The translations under genes and the position numbers were made by a program. Below, one piece after another: positions 7,901 to 16,394 of a stretch of DNA of 57,504 nucleotides. Where the stretch lies: positions 190,140 to 247,643 of the forward strand of contig JBMNNJ010000002.1 of the NCBI GenBank assembly GCA_050953885.1. The letters are read 5' to 3'. The stretch comes from Patescibacteria group bacterium. GTDB lineage: Bacteria; Patescibacteriota; Microgenomatia; 0-14-0-10-38-17. Below the pieces are notes generated by a model. That model did no database searches and was not told where the DNA came from. It was given only the letters and a program-made list of their open reading frames with translations. How positions within the stretch are numbered: position 1 is the first letter of the stretch; every line of letters begins with the position of its first letter.

Positions 7901-8479
7901 ATGAAAAAAAATAAATCAAGATGCACTGTCTTTATTGACGGCAGTAATTTCTACTTCAAGCTGAAAGAATTAGGCTTTCGCAATCTTTTGGAATTTGATT
8001 TCTCCGGCTTTGTAAAAATGTTGGCCGGTAAGAAAGGCAGCCTTGTTAAGGCTACTTATTATGTGGGGAAAATCCGCACCGACGGCACAAAGAAAACACA
8101 ACAACTGTTTAGAAGTCAAAGAAAGCTCCTTGCCCACCTTAAAAAACACAAAATTACCTACTCTCTGGGCTATTTAATGAAATCAGACGGAAAATATCAT
8201 GAAAAGGGAGTTGATGTTAATATTGCCGTCGATATGCTTGTGGCGACATATGAAAACTTAAGCGACCGGCTTATTTTAGTCTCCTCCGATACCGATCTCT
8301 TGCCGGCGATTGTTAAAGCCAAAGAAAAGGGCAAATTTGTTGAATATGTTGGTTTTTCCCATAAACCCAGCGTTGCTCTTGTGGCAACTTGTTTGGCATC
8401 ACGTCTCTTAACAAAAGAGGATTTAGAAAAGTTTAGCGTAAAAAAGAGAGAAGTAAGAAAGCAAAAAAAAGGCCTGTGA
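7901..8479 (+). CDS. NYN-domain (LabA/DUF88-like PIN-fold) putative RNase
   Basis: TVFIDGSNFYF..., GVDVNIAVDML, LVSSDTDLLPAI: the acidic motif pattern of NYN/LabA proteins. Confidence 0.75.
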   Translation: MKKNKSRCTVFIDGSNFYFKLKELGFRNLLEFDFSGFVKMLAGKKGSLVKATYYVGKIRTDGTKKTQQLFRSQRKLLAHLKKHKITYSLGYLMKSDGKYHEKGVDVNIAVDMLVATYENLSDRLILVSSDTDLLPAIVKAKEKGKFVEYVGFSHKPSVALVATCLASRLLTKEDLEKFSVKKREVRKQKKGL

Positions 8480-8506
8480 AGACCTTACGGTGTCACAGGC
8501 GATTTT
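8472..8506 (+). terminator. Stem-loop overlapping the NYN gene stop, followed by a short T run
   Basis: gcctgtga (8472-8479) pairs with tcacaggc (8493-8500), followed by gatttt. The stop codon TGA lies in the stem. Confidence 0.4.
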
Positions 8507-8579
8507 AGTATCTTTACTATACCATAAGGGGAAATAACTTGTCAATTGCTAAACTGGATTTTTAAATTACTATATTGCC

Positions 8580-8945
8580 AAATAGATTCTGTCCGCCAGC
8601 TGGCGGATCAAATCTGAAAAACAACTTTAAGATTTAAGAGGATTGAATAGTATTAGGTATTAAGTATGAAAGAACTCAAAACGCAAAGTAACAACTTAAT
8701 TTTAAATAAACTAATTTTAAATTTTAATTCAATTTCTAAATTTCTAAATGACTAAAGGAGAAAAATTCATTCAATCATTTATTTATTTAGATTTCATTTA
8801 AAATTTGTTATTTAAAATTTAAAATTAATTGATTCTGACTTTCGTCAGAATGACGGCCACGATTAGCGTCATTCTGAACTTGATTCAGGATCAGGCAGAT
8901 TCTGACTTTCGTCAGAATGACAGAAAAGTGCCAGAATGACAGCAG
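8580..8945. repeat. Repeat-only intergenic block (several palindromic families in tandem)
   Basis: Contains gattctgtccgccagctggcggatc, a partial copy of the 85-bp repeat, gaatagtattaggtattaagtatgaaagaactcaaaacgcaaag (also at 12297), 2x gattctgactttcgtcagaatgac, and gcgtcattctgaacttgattcaggatc. Confidence 0.9.
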
Positions 8946-8970
8946 TTTAATAATTTAACAATTTATCTTT

Positions 8971-11046
8971 ATGGATAAACGCTATCAACCCGAAAAAGTG
9001 GAGGAAAAAATTTATCAGTTTTGGGAAGAAAGGGGTTTCTTTACCCCTAAAATTGAAAAAGGGAAAAAGCCGTTTGTGATCACCTTGCCTCCTCCTAATG
9101 TTACCGGCAGTCTTCATGCCGGCCACGCGATGTATGTGGTTGAGGATATTATGGCCCGTTATCAGCGGATGAAGGGCGAGCCTACTCTTTGGTTGCCGGG
9201 TTTTGACCATGCCGCCATTGCCGTAGAATACCTTGTTAATCAGGAGCTTAAAAAAGAAGGCAAAACCAAAGAAGAAGTTGGCCGAGAAGAGTTTTTACGC
9301 CGCGCAGAGAAATTCGCCAACCGCTCCCGTGATTATATCCGCCAACAACTCAAGCGTTTGGGTTTTTCCCTTGACTGGTCACGCGAGGCTTATACGATGG
9401 ACGAAAAACGCTCGCTGGCGGTAAAAACCGCTTTTAAAAAGCTCCACCAAAAAGGGCTTATTTACAAAGGCGACTATCTGGTTAACTGGTGCCCAGGTTG
9501 CCAAACGGTCATTTCCGACTTGGAAAACATTTACGAGGAAGAAGAAGGCGTTCTTTATTACCTTTCCTATGGCCCAATCACCATCGCCACCACCCGACCG
9601 GAAACTATTTTTGCCGATGTGGCCGTGGCCGTTCATCCCCAAGACCGGCGCTACCAAAAACTGGTCGGCCAAAAAGTGCCCCTGCCATTAACCGGCCGGC
9701 TGATCCCGGTTATCGCCGATGAAGCGGTGGACCCAAAATTTGGCAGCGGCGCTCTAAAAATTACCCCCGCCCATGACCAAACCGACTTCGAGATCGGTCA
9801 ACGCCACCATCTGCCCACTCTTAAGGTGGTTAACGAAAAAGGTCGTCTTACTGATTTAGCCGGCTCTTTTGCTGGGCTAAAAGTAAATGAGGGGAGGCAA
9901 AAAGTGGTTGAGGTTTTGCGCCAAAAGGGATTTTTGAAAAAAGAAGAGCCTCTGATTCACCAAGTTGGCCACTGTCAGCGTTGCGGCACCACCACCGAAA
10001 CCACCATCTCCAAACAATGGTTTTTAAAAACCAAGCCTTTGGCTCAAAAAGCGATCAGCGCCGTTAAAAGCGGCCGGGTAAAAATTATCCCCAAACATTT
10101 TGAAAAAAATTATTTCCACTGGCTTGAAAATATTCACGACTGGTGCATTTCCCGTCAGCTTTGGTGGGGACACCCGATACCCCTTAAGGGAGAAACGGAT
10201 GTTTTGGATACTTGGTTTTCCTCCTCTCTTTGGCCCATTTCTGTTTTCGGCTGGCCAAAAAAAACCGCCGATCTGGCCTATTTTTACCCCACCACCGTTC
10301 GTGAAACCGGCTATGATATCCTTTTTTTCTGGGTCGCCCGGGAGATGATGATGTGCCAAGAGCTCACCGGCAAGGCTCCTTTTAAAATTATTTACCTTCA
10401 TGGCCTGGTCCGTGATGAAAAGGGGCGAAAATTTTCCAAAACCAAAAAAATTGGCTTTGACCCGCTGGAAATGGTTAAACAATATGGCGCCGACGCCTTG
10501 CGGATGGCTCTAGTTTACGGCACCAGCGCCGGCCGCGATCTTTTAATTTCTCCCGATAAGGTTATTAGCATGCGCAATTTTACCAACAAAATTTGGAACG
10601 CGGCGCGATTTATTTTAATGAATCGGGAAATTCGCAATTCGATCCACCAGCCGGCGGATGAGATCCAAGGTAAATCACAAATTTTAAATTTAAAAAACCA
10701 AAACAAAGATGACCAGCGGATATTAGCCTCATTGGATAAAACTATCAAGAGTGTAACCAAAGATATGGAAAACTACCGCTTTGGTCAGGCGGCGGAAAAG
10801 CTTTACGCTTTTTTCTGGCATGAGTTTTGCGATATTTATCTTGAACAAGCTAAAAAAAGGCTCTATAATGAAAGTGACCCAAAAGGGCAGGAAGAAGCGC
10901 TAGTGGTTTTAACTTTTGTTTTAAAAGAAAGCCTGAAGCTGCTTCATCCTTTTATGCCTTATGTGACGGAGGAAATTTGGACCAATCAATTAAAAGAGGA
11001 CGTGCCTTTGGTGGTTTCGCCCTGGCCCAAGAAAGAAATCCGGTAA
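8971..11046 (+). CDS. valS: Valine--tRNA ligase (short form, no C-terminal coiled-coil)
   Basis: PPPNVTGSLHAGHAM (HIGH), TTRPETIFADVAVAVHP and ITPAHD (editing domain), WCISRQLWWGH, DTWFSS, KFSKTK (KMSKS). Only 691 aa. Confidence 0.9.
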   Translation: MDKRYQPEKVEEKIYQFWEERGFFTPKIEKGKKPFVITLPPPNVTGSLHAGHAMYVVEDIMARYQRMKGEPTLWLPGFDHAAIAVEYLVNQELKKEGKTKEEVGREEFLRRAEKFANRSRDYIRQQLKRLGFSLDWSREAYTMDEKRSLAVKTAFKKLHQKGLIYKGDYLVNWCPGCQTVISDLENIYEEEEGVLYYLSYGPITIATTRPETIFADVAVAVHPQDRRYQKLVGQKVPLPLTGRLIPVIADEAVDPKFGSGALKITPAHDQTDFEIGQRHHLPTLKVVNEKGRLTDLAGSFAGLKVNEGRQKVVEVLRQKGFLKKEEPLIHQVGHCQRCGTTTETTISKQWFLKTKPLAQKAISAVKSGRVKIIPKHFEKNYFHWLENIHDWCISRQLWWGHPIPLKGETDVLDTWFSSSLWPISVFGWPKKTADLAYFYPTTVRETGYDILFFWVAREMMMCQELTGKAPFKIIYLHGLVRDEKGRKFSKTKKIGFDPLEMVKQYGADALRMALVYGTSAGRDLLISPDKVISMRNFTNKIWNAARFILMNREIRNSIHQPADEIQGKSQILNLKNQNKDDQRILASLDKTIKSVTKDMENYRFGQAAEKLYAFFWHEFCDIYLEQAKKRLYNESDPKGQEEALVVLTFVLKESLKLLHPFMPYVTEEIWTNQLKEDVPLVVSPWPKKEIR

Positions 11047-11080
11047 CAAAAATTTTCAATTTTCATTCTTGATTTTTCTT

Positions 11081-11135
11081 GCGTATCTTTATATCTTAAT
11101 ATCTTAGTATCTTAAACAAGAAGGGGGTGAGAAAA
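11081..11135 (+). promoter_or_regulatory. Conserved leader/RBS module, copy a (tatcttaatatcttagtatcttaaacaagaagggggtgagaaaa-ATG)
   Basis: Near-identical to 48843-48892 (+) and, in reverse orientation, 46311-46357. Each ends at the ATG of a small gene. Confidence 0.6.
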
Positions 11136-11369
11136 ATGGAAAATCCTTTAAAAGAAATTGTCAGAAACGCTACTTTTTTAACCGTTATCCAAGGTATTCT
11201 TTTTATCGTCTTAGGCGTTATTATCTTTATTCATCCTCAAGTTTTGGCAGCCTTAGCAGCGGCGGCGTTTTTAGCCACCGGCATTGTTTCTCTTTACTAC
11301 GGCTGGCGTATCCAAAGCTTTTCTAAAAAAGCGGAAAAGTTTTGGAAAAAGTTTGGTGAGGAAGAGTAA
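11136..11369 (+). CDS. Small membrane protein, DUF308/HdeD-like
   Basis: Two TM helices (FLTVIQGILFIVLGVIIFIHP / ALAAAAFLATGIVSLYYGW). A strong SD (agggggtga) lies 5-8 nt before ATG 11136. Confidence 0.55.
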   Translation: MENPLKEIVRNATFLTVIQGILFIVLGVIIFIHPQVLAALAAAAFLATGIVSLYYGWRIQSFSKKAEKFWKKFGEEE

Positions 11370-11399
11370 AAAAAGGAAAGTGTTAGTGAAGAGGATTTG

Positions 11400-12269
11400 T
11401 TACTTCAGAAGCCGCTCCATGGCGAAGGGAATTTCGTCGGCTAAGTCATCGGCATTAAAGAAGGGGCCTTTTTTCCGATAAAGTTTGGAGGCGGCTTTTT
11501 TGGAAACAAAAAGAGCCGTCGCGGCCGCTTCAAGAGGAGGCTTTTGCCCGGCCAAAGCCGCCACCAAACCGGCCAAAATATCGCCCATACCGCCTTTTTC
11601 CAACCCCTTATTGCCCGGACCGACCAGAAAACAGGTCCGACCATCGGTTACCAGCGAATAATCTTCTTTAGTTAAAAGAATCGCCTGATGCTCTCGGGCG
11701 AGAAAAACCAGCGTTTTCTCTTTTTCTTCTACCGGCTTTTTCTCCAAATCCACCCCAAAAAGAAGGCGATATTCTTCAAAGTTGGGAGTTAAAATCGCCC
11801 CGGGAGAAATAAATTCTTTCTCCATTACCTGCAGTGAGCCGGCATCAATCACCCATTGCTTTTGGGGAAATTGGGACAAGAAATCCTCGGTAATCTTTTT
11901 GGTTAATCTTCCCGCCTCATCATCAAGCCGTTTTTTCTCATATTTTTTACTCTCTTTTTCTTTCTCAAAACGCATTAGCCCCGGCCCGATTAAAACAGCC
12001 GTTGATTTTTTAATATAATCGCCAATTTCCTCAAAGGGAACCCAAATAAAGGAAAAAAGCCGGCTTTTAATTTTAGCCGCCACCTCTCCCAAACTAGGTT
12101 CGGGAGAAGAAAAGAAGACCATTTTGTTTAAACGCGAGGCGATCTTTAACGATAAAAGAGGAGCGCCATGAAAAAGGCGGGAGCCGCCGATAATCGTAGT
12201 TTGGCTTTTTAAAAATTCCTGCCTTGAAAGAAAAGCGCGGGCTTGTTTTTCCCCAAATTCTTCAGCCAT
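11400..12269 (-). CDS. nnrD: ADP-dependent NAD(P)H-hydrate dehydratase (YjeF C-terminal/carbohydrate kinase family)
   Basis: GGSRLFHGAP, VLIGPGL, and GGMGDILAGLVAAL near the C-terminus. ATG at 12269 was chosen because the longer ORF to 12344 runs into repeat words. Confidence 0.75.
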   Translation of the reverse strand: MAEEFGEKQARAFLSRQEFLKSQTTIIGGSRLFHGAPLLSLKIASRLNKMVFFSSPEPSLGEVAAKIKSRLFSFIWVPFEEIGDYIKKSTAVLIGPGLMRFEKEKESKKYEKKRLDDEAGRLTKKITEDFLSQFPQKQWVIDAGSLQVMEKEFISPGAILTPNFEEYRLLFGVDLEKKPVEEKEKTLVFLAREHQAILLTKEDYSLVTDGRTCFLVGPGNKGLEKGGMGDILAGLVAALAGQKPPLEAAATALFVSKKAASKLYRKKGPFFNADDLADEIPFAMERLLK

Positions 12270-12296
12270 CAATTCTAGTATAACACCGAGAGAGTG

Positions 12297-12486
12297 AATA
12301 GTATTAAGTATGAAAGAACTCAAATCGCAAAACTCAAAACTCAAAACTACAACTCAAAACTCAAATCTGAAAAACAACTTTAAGCTTTAAAAAGTTTTAA
12401 CATTTGCCATGTAGATTTGCCATTTAAGTTTTAAGTTTTGAGATTATCTTTCGTTTCTCGTTCGCGTTAATTCGCGTATTTCAACA
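12297..12486. repeat. Intergenic repeat block including copy 2 of the 85-bp repeat (12341-12425)
   Basis: Contains gaatagtattaagtatgaaagaactcaaatcgcaaa (also at 8647), the 85-bp identical repeat, then ttcgtttctcgttcgcgttaattcgcgtat words. Confidence 0.9.
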
Positions 12487-12504
12487 AGATGCTAAAATAA
12501 AATT

Positions 12505-13062
12505 ATGGCAAAGGAGAAGAAGCAGAATTGGCTCTCGTTATTACCGCACTATTGCCGCATTATTACCGAAAGGTTTATTAAAAAGCCTATTTTCCCAGCT
12601 ATTTTGTTATTTAGCGTTTTTCTGGCCTCCTTTTTTCTTGCTCCCCAAGGCCGCTTTTGGGAGGCAAAAAGAAAAATTCTCCAAAATCCCCAAGACTTGT
12701 CGGCTCACTTGGTTTTACTTGACGAACTTATCTTGGCCAGCGAATTTGAAAAAGCAGAGACAGAAATTAGTTTTTTAGAAGCAAATTATTTTAAGCTGAC
12801 TAACGAGGGAAAAGAGCAGTTTTGGCAAAAAAACCTTTTCTTTCACGAGCAAGACCCTGTTGGAAGAGAAGGATTAATTAAAAACTGGCAGCAATTTTTA
12901 GAAAAAAATCCGGATTATAAAATTGGCTGGCTGGTGCTGGCTTATTACCAACAAAAAGCGGGTCATGAAGATGGGGCGCAAACCGCTCTTAAGAAAGCTT
13001 ATGAACTTGATCCCGGGCTTCCCCTTGATTATCCCTCCTTGTTCTCCTCCGCCACTTTTTGA
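12505..13062 (+). CDS. Membrane-anchored TPR-like repeat protein (hypothetical)
   Basis: One N-terminal TM helix (IFPAILLFSVFLASFFLA) and a TPR-like C-terminus (WLVLAYYQQKAGHEDGAQTALKKAYELDP). The 3' end overlaps rplY convergently. Confidence 0.45.
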   Translation: MAKEKKQNWLSLLPHYCRIITERFIKKPIFPAILLFSVFLASFFLAPQGRFWEAKRKILQNPQDLSAHLVLLDELILASEFEKAETEISFLEANYFKLTNEGKEQFWQKNLFFHEQDPVGREGLIKNWQQFLEKNPDYKIGWLVLAYYQQKAGHEDGAQTALKKAYELDPGLPLDYPSLFSSATF

Positions 13063-13730
13063 CCTCCCGCCGCTTTTTCTTCCCCTTCCGCTGAAGCCGG
13101 CGCTTCTTCGGCGCCTTTTTCTCCTTCCGCTACGGCGGCTTCTTCCGCCGCCGGCGCTACCTCTTCTTCTTTTGCCTTAGGATTAATAATCGCCACCACT
13201 TCTTCTTGAACTGTTTTAACCACCACTCCCTTCGGCACTTTAAGATCTGCCACTCGCACGGCCGCGTCTATCTTATCTAAAGAAGAGATGTCTGCTTCCA
13301 AATGATCCGGCAAATCGGTCGGCAACGCTTCCACCTCCACTTCGGCCAAGGGTTGAACCAAAACCCCCTCGTCCTGGACTACCGCCGGCGCCTCGCCCAC
13401 CAAATGAATAGGCACTGCCACCGTTACTTTTTCTTCTAAATTAACCTGATGAAAATCAACATGGAGAAGCTGATCGCTGACCGGCTCAATCTGTACATTG
13501 CCCACTAAAACCGACCGCGTCTCCTTATCGTCAATTACCAAATCAATTAAACCTGTTTCGCCTGTTTTTTCAAAAACCTTTAAGAATTCTTTAAGATTAA
13601 CCTGCAGGCTTTGCGACTTAATCTTCTTGCCAAAAAGATTGGCCGGCAAAATTCCCTCGCGGCGCAGCTTTTTAACTTTATGTCCCGTTAGCTCTCTTTT
13701 TTGGGCGGTTAATTTTTCCCTTTTTGCCAT
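13029..13730 (-). CDS. rplY: 50S ribosomal protein L25/general stress protein Ctc, with long acidic Ala/Glu tail
   Basis: LTAQKRELTGHKVKKLRREGILPANLFG...VQIEPVSDQLLHVDFHQV is the L25/Ctc signature. Confidence 0.85.
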   Translation of the reverse strand: MAKREKLTAQKRELTGHKVKKLRREGILPANLFGKKIKSQSLQVNLKEFLKVFEKTGETGLIDLVIDDKETRSVLVGNVQIEPVSDQLLHVDFHQVNLEEKVTVAVPIHLVGEAPAVVQDEGVLVQPLAEVEVEALPTDLPDHLEADISSLDKIDAAVRVADLKVPKGVVVKTVQEEVVAIINPKAKEEEVAPAAEEAAVAEGEKGAEEAPASAEGEEKAAGGQKVAEENKEG

Positions 13731-13801
13731 ATCCTTAATTTTACCAAAAGCGGCCCAAAAAGCAATGGGAAAGTGTTAAAATAGCATCATTATCCAAAAA
13801 T

Positions 13802-15433
13802 ATGGCCGAAGAAAAAAATCTTTCCCCCCTTCTGGCGCGCCTAATTCAAGACTATTGGCAAGCGGTCGAAAAAAGCCGGCAAAAAAAACAAGAGGCCACA
13901 GTAAACGTTGATGAAATCGCTTCAAAGCTGGCTGTTTTTTACGAAAAGGTCCGCAAAGTGGTCGACTGGAAAGAAGAAAACCTGATTCGCCGCTCCGCTA
14001 TTGAGCGTTATCTTCGCCGCCAGCTGGTTGGCGAAATTTCCCAGTTTTCTCTTAAAAAAAATATCAACAGCCAAGAGGTAGCGGAAACAATCGTCGCCGA
14101 TTTGGTCCGGGGAGGCTATCTGAAAAATGGTCAGGTGCCGCAAAGTAAGGTAGGCGAGGTAAAAAATATCTTAGAGCGCTATCTTTTTCTCCTTAATCTT
14201 CTTTCCCGCCAAATCCCAGAAAAGGAAGTTAAAGAAAGAGTTAACCAGTCGGTTTGGCTTTTCTCCCAGGCGGCTTGCGAAATTGAAAAAACCCTCGATC
14301 CTGGCTTTCGTCAGGATCTCTTGATTAACTTTATGTTTGACTCTTTAAAAACGCGCCTTGCCTTGGACCCGCAATTAAAAATTGAACCTCAAGAGGCCGA
14401 GGTACAGCTTTATATTGCCGTCTGCCAAAGTCTTTTTAGCCTTGATGAGGCAGAAATTACCTCGCGACTACTTCCCCTTTATTACCCGCAATGGCAAACC
14501 CCCGACGAGAGCCTTAATATCCGCCAAATAAGGGAAGAAATTGCCCAAAAATTTAACCACCCCTTAGCCAGCCAATGGCAAAAAATTTGCCGTCAGGAAA
14601 AGGCGATTTTTTTAATTTTAAGCGATATTTTTAAGGAAAAAGAAAAAGAAGCGAAAAACTTTCAGGAATTCTGGGAGCAATTCGCGGTGCCGGATAATTT
14701 TCAAGCCGCCGTGGAAGAAGCGTATCAAAAGCGGTTTTCCACCCTTAAGTCGCGGCTTTTTAGAACCGCCATTTATTCCACCCTTTCCATTCTCATTGCC
14801 AGCCTTTTTTCGCTCTTAATTTTGGAGTTTCCGCTGGCAAAATTAATCTATGGCCAATTTTTACCATTAGCGATGATCATTGATATTCTTGTTCCCACTC
14901 TCTTGATGTTTCTTTTAGTAGCTTTGATCAGGCCGCCAAAAGAGGAAAATTATCAGCGATTAGAACAAAAAATTTTCCAATTAGCTTACGAAGAAGGAGG
15001 AGAAAGCTATTTTTTAAAACCAAGCAGGCCGCAAAGCCTTTTAAGCAAAAGCCTTTTTGCCTTTCTTTATCTTCTCGTTGCCACCTTGGGAATAGGCCTG
15101 ATTGTCGGCATTTTTTATTTTGCCAACGTGCCACCCACCTCAATTATTTTAGACACCATTAATGTGGCGATGATTATTTTTGCCGCCCTTTCTATCCGCC
15201 AAAGCGCGAAGGAAATTGATGTTGACGAGAAAGAATCTTTTTTCGAGTTTTTTCTTGACACCCTTTTTGTGCCCGTGGGCCGCTTAGGCCAGTGGTTTTC
15301 CCAAAAGTGGCGGGAGTATAACGTGGCCAGTGTTTTTTTAAGTGTTTTAGTGGATCTGCCTTTTTCTTCGTTAGTTACCTTCGTGGAAGACTGGCGCGCT
15401 TTCCTACGGGAAAAGCAGGCGGGAATTCATTAA
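13802..15433 (+). CDS. Hypothetical integral membrane protein (soluble N-terminal ~320 aa + ~5 TM C-terminal part)
   Basis: Long uninterrupted ORF with several clear hydrophobic helices after aa ~320. No family recognised. Confidence 0.5.
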   Translation: MAEEKNLSPLLARLIQDYWQAVEKSRQKKQEATVNVDEIASKLAVFYEKVRKVVDWKEENLIRRSAIERYLRRQLVGEISQFSLKKNINSQEVAETIVADLVRGGYLKNGQVPQSKVGEVKNILERYLFLLNLLSRQIPEKEVKERVNQSVWLFSQAACEIEKTLDPGFRQDLLINFMFDSLKTRLALDPQLKIEPQEAEVQLYIAVCQSLFSLDEAEITSRLLPLYYPQWQTPDESLNIRQIREEIAQKFNHPLASQWQKICRQEKAIFLILSDIFKEKEKEAKNFQEFWEQFAVPDNFQAAVEEAYQKRFSTLKSRLFRTAIYSTLSILIASLFSLLILEFPLAKLIYGQFLPLAMIIDILVPTLLMFLLVALIRPPKEENYQRLEQKIFQLAYEEGGESYFLKPSRPQSLLSKSLFAFLYLLVATLGIGLIVGIFYFANVPPTSIILDTINVAMIIFAALSIRQSAKEIDVDEKESFFEFFLDTLFVPVGRLGQWFSQKWREYNVASVFLSVLVDLPFSSLVTFVEDWRAFLREKQAGIH

Positions 15434-15546
15434 AATAAGGGAAAATACGGGAGAATACGGGAAAGATAAGGAAAAAATAAGAGAAAAATAAGTTTGAATA
15501 AACTATATCGTTAACCGTAACCCTTAAAAACTCACTAAACTTTTCT

Positions 15547-16383
15547 ATGGATCTTAAAAAACTGCTTAAAAGCCTTGACTTTGAAAACACCGATTGGGAA
15601 AAATTTGCTTGGCAAGAATTGGACCTTGATTGGGAAAATTTTCTTTCCTGGGATCTGTCTTTTCTAACCTCTGACGAGATTGGCAAATTAAACAGCCTCC
15701 ACGGTGCTTGGCTGATTTACGGGAAACCCTCCCGTAGCTCTCCCGTAGCTTCCCGTAATCTCCCGTTTGCTATCCCAAGCTTGGAAAAAATTGACTACCA
15801 GTCCCAAAACCCCCGCGGCTATCGCGCCTTGGCCCTTTGGCAAACCGCCAATCTCCTTTATGATTTTCTCAGACTTTTTACCCCCACCCTCCCCCCTTAT
15901 GAACATCGCCTTAAAGCCCAAGCCGACGACGCCGGCCGCAGTATGGTCGCTAACATTGAGGAAGGTTACGCCCGCCCCACTACCTTAGAATACTTGGAGT
16001 TCTTGGGTTTTGCCTACGCTTCCTGGGCAGAAGCAGATGGCGACATAGAACGTCTCCATAGTTTAGGCTATTTAAAATCTGTTGCCGGCTCCGGCTTGGC
16101 ATCCTTAGACATTCCCACACCGGCTCCAGACCGGCCCTATCCTCCCCTGGCTTCCCGTCAAAATCCGGGAAAATACGGGAGCTTAAGGGAAAAACTACGG
16201 GAATATACGGGAAAAAATATCAGGCCGGAGGAATTAACTTATGAGGCTTTCAAAGAACTTTCCAATAAAACCGGCTATCTTTTTAAAAAGACGGCGGAGG
16301 GATTGAGAGGAAAAATCATTAGGGACGAGAAAAGAGGGCTGGAGGAGAAAATGGAAATTATCTGGAGGAAATATTGGGGATAA
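15547..16383 (+). CDS. Four-helix-bundle (IVS-protein-like) domain protein with repeat-derived flanks
   Basis: The core YRALALWQTANLLYDFL...LKAQADDAGRSMVANIEEGYARPTTLEYLEFLGFAYASWAEADGDIERL matches the 4HB/IVS-protein pattern. cccgta/tacggg word runs lie in frame at 15728-15768 and 16150-16215. Confidence 0.55.
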   Translation: MDLKKLLKSLDFENTDWEKFAWQELDLDWENFLSWDLSFLTSDEIGKLNSLHGAWLIYGKPSRSSPVASRNLPFAIPSLEKIDYQSQNPRGYRALALWQTANLLYDFLRLFTPTLPPYEHRLKAQADDAGRSMVANIEEGYARPTTLEYLEFLGFAYASWAEADGDIERLHSLGYLKSVAGSGLASLDIPTPAPDRPYPPLASRQNPGKYGSLREKLREYTGKNIRPEELTYEAFKELSNKTGYLFKKTAEGLRGKIIRDEKRGLEEKMEIIWRKYWG

Positions 16384-16394
16384 ATACGGGAAAG

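Noticed and set aside
8580-8945. Possible CRISPR array, given the many short palindromic repeats (also at 21345-21685 and 46360-46610).
   Set aside because: The repeats are of several different families, irregularly spaced, often abutting with no unique spacers, and there are no cas genes. These are REP/MITE-like blocks, not CRISPR.
12923-13180. 85-aa Pro/Leu-rich plus-strand ORF.
   Set aside because: It is the antisense reading of the Glu/Ala-rich acidic tail of rplY, a compositional artefact.
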